64,000 bases of DNA from Cellvibrionaceae bacterium. Its GTDB lineage: Bacteria; Pseudomonadota; Gammaproteobacteria; Pseudomonadales; Cellvibrionaceae. The DNA lies in contig CBDHEY010000002.1 in the NCBI GenBank assembly GCA_965262305.1, forward strand, positions 657,135 through 721,134, given 5' to 3'. This document shows positions 56,470 to 64,000 of the stretch, piece after piece (position 1 is the first letter of the stretch; every line of letters begins with the position of its first letter). Under the pieces are notes generated by a model. It made no database searches. It saw only the letters and a list, made by a program, of their open reading frames with translations, and was not told where the DNA came from. The position numbers were made by a program, and so were the translations under genes.

Positions 56470-58290
56470 TCAAAGTGTCGCCGTTTTATTGATCGCTCTA
56501 TCCATTGCATCGAGCACCATTTTTTGTGTCAGAATTTGCGGCAATACCTCAGGGGGCAACGTGTTATCTGCTGGATACATCAAATAAAGTGGCACTCCGC
56601 TACGACCATGTTGTTTGAGCAAAGCTGAAATATCTGGATCGCTATTAGTCCAATCGCCTTGCAGCATTGTTATGCCGAGTTGCTCCGCTTTTTGAGTGAC
56701 GGCATTAGTGTTTATGGCTACGCGTTCGTTAACTTTACAGGTTATGCACCAGTCAGCGGTTAAATCTACAAATACGGGTGTTCCCTGGCGTCTCAGCTCT
56801 TCCAATATGTTTGGTGAATATGCTTGCCACTGTTCGTCGGTGCTTGGTTGAAAGGTTTTTACATCCAGTGCCAATACCGCAGCGCTTCCAAAGGACGCGG
56901 CGATAAGTCCCCTTGACATAAATTGGCTCAGTTTTTTCTGAGGGTTTAGTTTTAACAGCCAAACTCCAAAAGCAATTAGCACCGCTCCTAAAACTATGGC
57001 CGCTGCACCATCACTAGAAACTTGATTACCCAGAACCCATACGAGCCATACACTAGTCGCAAACAACGGATAAGCAAGGAATTGCTTCAATTTGTCCATC
57101 CAAGCGCCTGGTGCAGGTAAAATCTTAGCAAAGCTCGGGATATAGCTTAGCAAAAGAAAAGGTAACGCCATGCCGAAGCCAAGTGCGATAAAAACGAGTA
57201 ATGCGATCGCCATGGGTTGAGTTAATGCAAATCCTAATGCGCTTGCCATAAATGGCGCTGTACAAGGGCTCGCGACAACTGCCGCTAATACGCCAGTAAA
57301 GAATGAAGAGCTCAGACCCTTGCCGCTCGTTAATGATTGCCCTGCACCCATCCAGCTTGTGCCAATTTCGAGCATTCCAGAAAGGCTAAGCCCCATTATG
57401 AAAAATAAGTAAGCCATGAAAGCAACAAATACAGGATGTTGGAGTTGGAATCCCCAACCAAGTGCTTCGCCCGCTTGGCGGGCTCCCAGAATAATTAAGG
57501 CTACGAGAACAAATGACCCAATCACGCCTGCAGTGTAAGCCCAACCGTGAAGCTTTTGATTGTGTCCGGACATGTTTGAGGAGGCAAAGCTAAGCGCCTT
57601 AAGCGATAAAACGGGAAACACGCATGGCATGAGATTCAGGATTAAACCACCAATGAGAGCGCTGATAAGAATAAAGGGTAAAAAGTGACCCTCTGAGGCA
57701 TTTCCGGTTGATACTGACTGATTTTGGTTCCCAGTGTTCGAGCCTCCAGTGCCAGAATTTGAGGAAGCACTCACAGGCGCAAAGCTCGTTTTTTCTTTTT
57801 CAATAATATTTAGGTTTTTATCCACATGAAAGAAGTGTTTTCTAGGGGGATAGCATAGCCCAGCGTCAGCGCAGGCTTGAGAGCGAACTACTAACTCAAA
57901 TGGTGGGCTAATCTTGGGTATTTCAGCAGAAGTTTGAGTGTTGTTGTAATAAACCGTGACGGTTTTTTGAAAATACTCGTCGTACTTTTCTTCTCCTTGT
58001 TGAAAGCTAAGCGAGAGTTTTTCTTGAGTATCAAAGTTTTTCGCCTCTGCTTTAAATTGGTGTTGGTACAGGTAGTATCCGGGCGCAGCGAGCCAATCTA
58101 CATAAATCTTATTGTTGTCAATGCTCAACACCGCTTGATAAGCGTCCTCAACGCTTAAAAATTCATCGTCACCATTCGATGAAAATGGGTCACTACTGTG
58201 ACTCAACGACGCTATGATGAATATAATTAGGGCGGTTATTGTTTTGGGCAGCCAGCGTAAAGTCATAGTTGTTAATACATCTCTAATCAT
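56470..58290 (-). CDS. dsbD: Thiol:disulfide interchange protein DsbD
   Basis: N-terminal periplasmic domain, central 8-TM domain with the Cys pair, and C-terminal thioredoxin domain with WCITC (CxxC). Confidence 0.9.
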   Translation of the reverse strand: MIRDVLTTMTLRWLPKTITALIIFIIASLSHSSDPFSSNGDDEFLSVEDAYQAVLSIDNNKIYVDWLAAPGYYLYQHQFKAEAKNFDTQEKLSLSFQQGEEKYDEYFQKTVTVYYNNTQTSAEIPKISPPFELVVRSQACADAGLCYPPRKHFFHVDKNLNIIEKEKTSFAPVSASSNSGTGGSNTGNQNQSVSTGNASEGHFLPFILISALIGGLILNLMPCVFPVLSLKALSFASSNMSGHNQKLHGWAYTAGVIGSFVLVALIILGARQAGEALGWGFQLQHPVFVAFMAYLFFIMGLSLSGMLEIGTSWMGAGQSLTSGKGLSSSFFTGVLAAVVASPCTAPFMASALGFALTQPMAIALLVFIALGFGMALPFLLLSYIPSFAKILPAPGAWMDKLKQFLAYPLFATSVWLVWVLGNQVSSDGAAAIVLGAVLIAFGVWLLKLNPQKKLSQFMSRGLIAASFGSAAVLALDVKTFQPSTDEQWQAYSPNILEELRRQGTPVFVDLTADWCITCKVNERVAINTNAVTQKAEQLGITMLQGDWTNSDPDISALLKQHGRSGVPLYLMYPADNTLPPEVLPQILTQKMVLDAMDRAINKTATL

Positions 58291-58448
58291 TGTGAGTTGC
58301 GGTAATTTATGTATTGTCTCGGTTCGACAAGGATTTCTAACGATAGTTTTGCCTAATTTAGAATTAATCGTTATTGAATTAGCATAGTTTAAACGATCTA
58401 ATAACGGACTATCGCTAATACACCATTAAAGCTTAAATGTTGAGTGTT

Positions 58449-59243
58449 ATGAGGATTTTATTGACCGTTCTGCGAGCTAAAGCTAATTGGTATCCTTTGT
58501 TTCTAATTGGGATAAGCACAATCTCATTAATAGGATGTCAAACGCTTACGCCTCAAAAAAATCTTCAGAGCCATCCTTTAATAGATCCTCCTTCTAAGCA
58601 CTTAGTCACAAAACAAGAGCCGGTGAAAAGATTATCCATAGAAGATCGATTACTGGAGCGAGCCGAAATAGCGTTTAGACAAGGACACTATTTACCACGT
58701 CAAAACGCCTCCAACGCCTATGATCGGTTTCATTCTGTTTTAGTTGTAAACGCTGACAACAAACAGGCGCGAGCAGGTTTGCAAGCGATTATGCTGACCT
58801 ATACTGATCGTGTTCGAAAGGCATTAAGCTCGGGAAAGTTATCGAGCGCGAAAGCTATTTTACAACGTATCGAGGTTTACTTTCCTGGTAATAATCTTCT
58901 TATCGATTTAAAAAAGCAGATTTTAGAGCAAGAAAAGAAAACGCTAGCTAGTGAAGCTGTTGTTAATAGTCAAGAATTAAAGAAAACTGAGATACTAGAT
59001 TATGAGGATTTTCCGCTGGATCCTGCAAATTTAAGCTCTAAAGCGGAGGAAACGTTGAGTTTATTAAGTGCTATCGCATACAGGTTAAAATCAACGGATG
59101 AAAGTATCCTTATTTTTGCCAGAAATGACGCTGAAGGGCGTTGGATTTACAAGAAGATGAAACAAGCAGCGAAGGGCTACCGGGTGAGGGGTGATATTCG
59201 CTACTCAAAAACACCAAAAATAAGAATTCTTCCACCATTATAG
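58449..59243 (+). CDS. Hypothetical lipoprotein
   Basis: Lipobox LIGC after the ATG at 58449. The ORF-track start at 58437 adds 4 residues. No recognisable catalytic motifs. Confidence 0.5.
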   Translation: MRILLTVLRAKANWYPLFLIGISTISLIGCQTLTPQKNLQSHPLIDPPSKHLVTKQEPVKRLSIEDRLLERAEIAFRQGHYLPRQNASNAYDRFHSVLVVNADNKQARAGLQAIMLTYTDRVRKALSSGKLSSAKAILQRIEVYFPGNNLLIDLKKQILEQEKKTLASEAVVNSQELKKTEILDYEDFPLDPANLSSKAEETLSLLSAIAYRLKSTDESILIFARNDAEGRWIYKKMKQAAKGYRVRGDIRYSKTPKIRILPPL

Positions 59244-59292
59244 TTTTTAATAGTGCGATAATGAAACATGAAAATAAACAAGCCAGAAAGCA

Positions 59293-59742
59293 GTGATTGA
59301 GTCAAAAGGATTCCAATACAAAAATCATATTTTGTGCATCATTTTCATACTCGCCTGTGTTGGTTGTTCAGGCCATGAAAAGCGCATTATTCACGGCGCG
59401 TTTATGCATGAAATGTCTGAAACTGAGACTGATGGTATCGTTTATTTTTCGATGGTGAATCCTTATAAAGAGGAGTTGGTTTTTAACTATGCGCATACTC
59501 AGATAGCGGATTACTTGAGTATCCATCGAGATTTCTACGAAAATGGAACTAAAAAATCACTTGAGGTGAGGCATTTGCGCCTTTCCCCTGGAGAAAAACT
59601 TTTATTTAAGCCTGGTGGTTATAGTTTAAAGTTATTTGGTTTGGCAAACAGGTTGGTGTCGGGCGATACTTTTGAAGTGGTTTTTGAATTTGAGAATAAA
59701 ATTTCTCAAACTGTGGTTGTTGAAGTCCGAGTCGGACGTTGA
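59293..59742 (+). CDS. Periplasmic copper chaperone PCu(A)C-like (DUF461) lipoprotein
   Basis: Lipobox (LACVGC). Beta-sandwich size (149 aa). The candidate H/M copper-ligand cluster (AFMHEM... MVNPYKEE) is consistent with PCuAC but diverges from the classic H(M)x10Mx21HxM motif. Confidence 0.45.
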   Translation: MIESKGFQYKNHILCIIFILACVGCSGHEKRIIHGAFMHEMSETETDGIVYFSMVNPYKEELVFNYAHTQIADYLSIHRDFYENGTKKSLEVRHLRLSPGEKLLFKPGGYSLKLFGLANRLVSGDTFEVVFEFENKISQTVVVEVRVGR

Positions 59743-59792
59743 CATATTTAGTTTAAATTTAAAACAAAAATACAATTGCTTAAAACCAAGGA

Positions 59793-60869
59793 ATGTTAAT
59801 TTTGAAGGAAAAGTACTCATTAAAGAGAATTAAAGATCTAGCTGAAACCCGCTGGCTGGATTTTCGTGGTGATTTAAAGGATTCGCATCGGTGGATTAAA
59901 GTCTCGGTGGGTGTCGTTTCTGTTTATCTTATTATCGCGATTGTTTTAGGGTTTATTTGGACTTTTGAGCCGGATCCTTTTGATGTTTCATTCGTGGCAA
60001 ATCAAGAAATAGAAAGTCAGGGTAACAATCTGGTGACGGGGGTGCATACCACAGCGTCGTTAATCGGTGTTGTTGAGGTTCTCCTTAAAAAGAGTGGGGG
60101 GTATATTTCTAATGATATAACTCCTCCAGGGATTTGGATGGATAATATTCCTAACTGGGAGTATGGGGTTCTCATTCAAGCTCGTGATTTCACCAAAGCA
60201 ATGCGCGAAGCTTTTAGTCGATCGCAATCTCAGTCTACAGAAGACAAAGATCTAGCGCTTGCTGAATCGAGGTTTAATTTTGATCATAGAAGCTGGCTCC
60301 TGCCTCAAACTGAAGGCGAATATCGAGAAGGTGTTAAGTATTTACGAGCATATTTAAAGAGACTTTCTGATAGTACACAAACTGATGCTCAATTTTACGC
60401 TAGAGCGGATAACTTGCGATATTGGTTGAGCACGGTTGAAACTCGCTTGGGTAGTTTATCTCAAAGACTGAGCGCTAGTGTGGGTCAGAAACGCTACAAC
60501 ACAGATTTGGCTGGAGACGCGAATGCCGCCCAATCGACTAGTGCCCCTAAAGAAGTCATTGTTAAAACTCCTTGGCTAGAAATTGATGATGTATTTTTTG
60601 AAGCGCGAGGCAGTGCCTATGCGATTACCCACTTTCTGAAAGCAATTGAAGTTGACTTTGCACCAGTTTTAGAGAAAAAGAATGCGCGTGTAAGTTTGCA
60701 ACAAATTATCCGCGAATTGGAATCTGCACAAGACCCAATTTACAGCCCAATAATATTAAATGGCAGCGGCTTTGGTATTTTAGCTAACCATTCTTTGGTT
60801 ATGGCTTCTTACCTTTCAAGAGCAAATGCTGCAATTATTGATCTTCGAGATTTGTTGTCGCAAGGGTAG
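59793..60869 (+). CDS. Membrane-anchored hypothetical protein (DUF2333-like)
   Basis: Single N-terminal TM helix (VSVGVVSVYLIIAIVLGFIW) followed by a large soluble domain. 358 aa. The family assignment is from memory. Confidence 0.45.
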   Translation: MLILKEKYSLKRIKDLAETRWLDFRGDLKDSHRWIKVSVGVVSVYLIIAIVLGFIWTFEPDPFDVSFVANQEIESQGNNLVTGVHTTASLIGVVEVLLKKSGGYISNDITPPGIWMDNIPNWEYGVLIQARDFTKAMREAFSRSQSQSTEDKDLALAESRFNFDHRSWLLPQTEGEYREGVKYLRAYLKRLSDSTQTDAQFYARADNLRYWLSTVETRLGSLSQRLSASVGQKRYNTDLAGDANAAQSTSAPKEVIVKTPWLEIDDVFFEARGSAYAITHFLKAIEVDFAPVLEKKNARVSLQQIIRELESAQDPIYSPIILNGSGFGILANHSLVMASYLSRANAAIIDLRDLLSQG

Positions 60870-60919
60870 GCCGTTTTAGGTGAGCGAGAGATTGCCTCGC
60901 CCACAAAGTAGTTCGCAAG

Positions 60920-61912
60920 TTAAATACTTTTGAGTATTTCTTGATGTTGCTCAGGCGCTAACCTTGGTCCAAATTGCGTTACTACGACTGAGGATGCTTT
61001 AGATGCAAGTTTGCCGGCTTGTTCAAAATTCCAACCTTGGCTTATACCGTAGAGAAATGCACCTGCAAACATGTCTCCTGCTCCGTTTGAATCGACTGGT
61101 GTAACAGTATTGGGTGCAATTTCAATATATTTTTCTCCATCAAAGAGCCTCGCTCCGTCTCCTCCGAGAGTGACAGCAAATTGCTTTGCGTGTTTTTTTA
61201 GAGCTTCACAAGCCTCGTCTAATGAGTTTGTTTGAGTAAAACCTGTTGCCTCGTCTTGGTTACAAAATAAGAGATCGACACCATCGCCAATCATTTCCTC
61301 GAGCCCTTCTTTAAAGAATTCAACCATTGCTGGGTCAGAAAGACTGATCGCTGTTTTTACACCAAATTGTTCTGCAGATTTTCTTAAACTAATAGCTGCG
61401 GGTTTTGCTGTTTCAGACGTAACCAGATAGCCTTCAATATAAACATACTCCGATTGTTTTAGAGCTTCTTCATCGATTTCTGATTCACTAAGCTTTTCAC
61501 TTATGCCAAGAAAAGTATTCATCGTGCGCTCTGCGTCTGGCGTTACAAGTACAAGGCATTTTCCTGTGATACCTTCCGAAGAGCCGTTTTGTTTGTGATA
61601 TTTAACATTTGCTGCGGCTAAATCATTTAAATAATGCTCGCCATTTTGGTCATTAGAAACTAGACAGCTGTAAAAGGTATTTGCGCCGAAATAGCTGGCA
61701 GCAATAACCGTATTTGCCGCCGAACCTCCACTGGCCCTCTTGGAAGCAATAATATTGCTGTCTAAATGTTCGACGATTTCTTGTTGTTTTGCTTCATCTA
61801 CGAGTGTCATAACACCCTTGTTTATGCCAAGAAGCTCTAAATCCTTATCGGAAACTTCGATTTCAGTGTCTAGTAATGCTGCGCCTATACCGTAAATATT
61901 GAATTGGGTCAT
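60920..61912 (-). CDS. PfkB-family carbohydrate/nucleoside kinase (adenosine-kinase-like)
   Basis: PfkB signature DSNGAGDMFAGAFLYG near the C-terminus and an N-terminal GG motif region. 330 aa. Confidence 0.8.
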   Translation of the reverse strand: MTQFNIYGIGAALLDTEIEVSDKDLELLGINKGVMTLVDEAKQQEIVEHLDSNIIASKRASGGSAANTVIAASYFGANTFYSCLVSNDQNGEHYLNDLAAANVKYHKQNGSSEGITGKCLVLVTPDAERTMNTFLGISEKLSESEIDEEALKQSEYVYIEGYLVTSETAKPAAISLRKSAEQFGVKTAISLSDPAMVEFFKEGLEEMIGDGVDLLFCNQDEATGFTQTNSLDEACEALKKHAKQFAVTLGGDGARLFDGEKYIEIAPNTVTPVDSNGAGDMFAGAFLYGISQGWNFEQAGKLASKASSVVVTQFGPRLAPEQHQEILKSI

Positions 61913-62128
61913 ATTTATTCACTTAATTAAAATAAGGGTTCGGGGGAATAAAATTTGCGTGTAAAATATTGATTTGCAATCAATTAGTCAACAAAAGATA
62001 CGAATTAACTTAATACTGTCTATTATGTATGAGTGGGGACATAAATCATAATAGATCGCCAGCTCATTTTAGAGCGAGTTAATAAGCGTTGACCGAACGA
62101 CGAGTGTCGAAGGAAATGTAAACTAACC

Positions 62129-64000
62129 ATGTCTAAGTTAATACGCGAGAATAACAGTTCTGAGAATCAAATTACTCCTGCGATTTTGCCTCTGGCGAAT
62201 TCGGTAGTGATTTCCCACCTAAAGGCGTGTCAACGTATCGCCGCGGATCATTCTCGAAGTGCGTTTAAAAACTATTTAAAAGTCTTAGACGAAGTCCTGT
62301 TTAGACGGTCGAATAATGCTAGATCAAATGACGATGCAACTAAATTGAGTGAATTGCAACGTGCAATTCGCAGTCAACAACAAGAATTAGAACGTTATTT
62401 TTGCGGCTATATTTCCGAAGGATTTGTAAAGTTCAAAAAGGGTGAGTTAGATACCAACATTGGTCGAGATGAAGAACAAGAAAGTGAAGAAGAACTGTCT
62501 TTAGTCGGTAATGAAGATCTGGAAGAAGATATTGCTATTAGTTCTTTAACTCAGCGTGCAGATAGTTATTTTGCAGAACCCTTATGGGCACTTAATCAGC
62601 GGTTTGCAGTATTGAATGGTGGTGAACATGTAACTGAGTCAACCAACCCTGCAGCGCCGATTCAATACTGTGAGTCTTTGCGAAAAGCAATGAAGTTGAT
62701 CAGCATGAGCATCTCCCAAAAAATCATCGCTTACAAGGTTTTTGATACTCAGCTATTAAACTTAACGCGATCAATCGTAGAAGATATAAATCATTTCCTA
62801 AAAAACCAAGGTATTTTACCAAATTTAAAATACACGCTTCCTTCTGGTAAAGCGCCCGCGTCTTATCTCTCAGAAGAAGGTGATCCAATCTTGGCGGATG
62901 CCAATGCCCTCTCGGAACACTATCAGCCTGTAAGCGCTCAGGAAAATGTTATTCCTAACCCGACTCAGCCTACGGAACAGTATCAAAATGATTTATTGCA
63001 AGCAATTCGCGGTCTACAAAATCAATTGTTATTTCCCGGAGGCTTAACACCGCTTGGTACTGCAGCAGTGCCCGAAGGAGCCATTCCTATAACTGAAGCG
63101 GAGCTCCTTAAGGCAATTCAGTTAATGCAGCAACAAACGCAACCTGTTACCGCGATGACAACTGACGGACAGCCTCTTATTCCAGTGGATATATCTGAAG
63201 TCGCCAAGCGTTTGCAGGAACAGTTAAAAACCGAAGATAGTGATGTTACGGTTGAAAATCTCGATATGCAGACTATCGATTTGGTGGGTATGCTTTTTGA
63301 GTACATGCTAAACGATGAGAATTTACCCGATCAGGTAAAAGCATTGCTCAGTTATTTGCATACCCCATTTTTGAAGATAGCCTTTGTTGACCCGGGTTTC
63401 TTTGAAAAATCTGATCACCCCGCGCGCTTGCTATTAAATAACCTGGCTGAAGCGGGAGTTCAATGGGTGGGAAATGATGACACCTCTCAATACGGTGTAT
63501 TTGAAAAAATACAAGATATGGTAAATCGGGTTCTCAAAGAGTTTCAAAGCGATGTAAAAATTATTACTGAGCTGCTTCTAGAATTTAGTAGCTTCTCTAA
63601 AAATATTGTGCGTCGACAAGAGTTAATGGAAAAGCGAGCTACTGAAAAAGCTCAGGGAGAAGAGAAGCTTCGTGAAGTTAAAATTCGTGTTAATGACGAA
63701 ATTAGAGGTCGTACTCAAGATAAAGAATTACCCTCTGCGGTGCTACTGTTTTTATTGCAGCCCTGGACTGATTATTTATCCTTTGCGTTGCTGCGATTTG
63801 GCGATAAATCAGATTCTTGGGTAAAAGCAATCGCGTTGGTAGATGATCTGCTTTGGTGTATTAACCCTAAAGTAAAAGCTGTTGATCGCGATCGACAAAA
63901 AGAAATGCATGATGGCTTGATAAGATCTATCGAAGGTGGGTTTTCGACTATTGGTTTTGATCCTGCTCGAGGTAAAAAACTTATTGAAGCACTTTCTGCA
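62129..64000 (+). CDS. DUF1631-like large hypothetical protein, N-terminal 624 codons (runs off the window end); paralog of 8579..10870
   Basis: Not in the ORF track because no stop is reached. The open frame from ATG 62129 translates as MSKLIRENNSS...DENLPDQVKALLSYLHTPFLKIAFVDPGFFEKSDHPARLLLNNLAEAG..., colinear with the 763-aa protein at 8579..10870. Confidence 0.65.
   Translation, partial: MSKLIRENNSSENQITPAILPLANSVVISHLKACQRIAADHSRSAFKNYLKVLDEVLFRRSNNARSNDDATKLSELQRAIRSQQQELERYFCGYISEGFVKFKKGELDTNIGRDEEQESEEELSLVGNEDLEEDIAISSLTQRADSYFAEPLWALNQRFAVLNGGEHVTESTNPAAPIQYCESLRKAMKLISMSISQKIIAYKVFDTQLLNLTRSIVEDINHFLKNQGILPNLKYTLPSGKAPASYLSEEGDPILADANALSEHYQPVSAQENVIPNPTQPTEQYQNDLLQAIRGLQNQLLFPGGLTPLGTAAVPEGAIPITEAELLKAIQLMQQQTQPVTAMTTDGQPLIPVDISEVAKRLQEQLKTEDSDVTVENLDMQTIDLVGMLFEYMLNDENLPDQVKALLSYLHTPFLKIAFVDPGFFEKSDHPARLLLNNLAEAGVQWVGNDDTSQYGVFEKIQDMVNRVLKEFQSDVKIITELLLEFSSFSKNIVRRQELMEKRATEKAQGEEKLREVKIRVNDEIRGRTQDKELPSAVLLFLLQPWTDYLSFALLRFGDKSDSWVKAIALVDDLLWCINPKVKAVDRDRQKEMHDGLIRSIEGGFSTIGFDPARGKKLIEALSA

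Noticed and set aside
60870-60919. Hairpin GAGCGAG-agattgc-CTCGCCC between convergent genes at 60869/60920 as a terminator
   Set aside because: The stem is imperfect with an A/C mismatch, and neither side has a U-run. It is too weak to call a terminator.
1-64000. Mobile elements, prophage, CRISPR arrays, tRNA/rRNA genes
   Set aside because: No transposase, integrase, recombinase or phage structural motifs appear in any six-frame ORF. No array of short, regularly spaced direct repeats is present. Visual scanning of the non-coding gaps found no tRNA-like cloverleaf, and no rRNA-like sequence is present. The insertions at trpE-trpG and mltB-rlpA lack flanking direct repeats or tRNA anchors, so I do not call them genomic islands in the mobile sense.

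Overview
The window reads as a chromosomal segment from a low-GC (roughly 40%) gammaproteobacterium. Its gene order resembles that of Pseudomonas and related Pseudomonadales/Oceanospirillales: rpe-trpE, trpGDC-crp, coq7, lipA-lipB-ybeD-dac-rlpA, mltB-rodA-mrdA-rlmH-rsfS-nadD-proA, and purD-purH-fis-dusB-prmA-accC-accB-aroQ-dsbD. Coding density is high, nearly every gene is housekeeping, and I found no tRNA or rRNA genes, transposases, integrases, phage genes or CRISPR arrays.

Three accessory blocks interrupt this conserved backbone.

1. Between trpE and trpGDC there is an insertion. In Pseudomonas this junction is a known insertion hotspot. Here it carries a BY-kinase-like protein with a degenerate P-loop (probably co-transcribed with trpE), a PrsK/PrsR-type (PEP-CTERM-associated) histidine kinase and sigma-54 response regulator, and a 763-aa DUF1631-like protein. 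A paralog of the DUF1631-like protein starts at 62129 and runs off the window end.

2. Between mltB and rlpA there is an ~11 kb, eight-gene, single-strand cluster. It encodes a YjfI-like protein, a PspA/IM30 protein, an NfeD/YqiJ-like protein, a flotillin, a small acidic protein, a zinc-ribbon protein, a giant 1755-aa protein (beta-rich N-terminus, coiled coil, AAA_5 ATPase) and a rhomboid protease. Upstream of the cluster a palindromic TTACATGT(G/A)AT motif occurs three times at exact 22-bp spacing. I regard this membrane-organisation/stress island, and especially its giant AAA_5 protein, as the best candidate for an undescribed system.

3. A triad of a RimK-like ATP-grasp ligase, a 7TM protein with an inactive transglutaminase-like domain, and a retropepsin-like protease. 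This is a computationally predicted peptide-ligation/processing system with no experimental characterisation.

Smaller signals are tandem repeats abutting the trpE start codon, a terminator-like hairpin in the trpG leader, inverted repeats upstream of prsK, and two clean intrinsic terminators.
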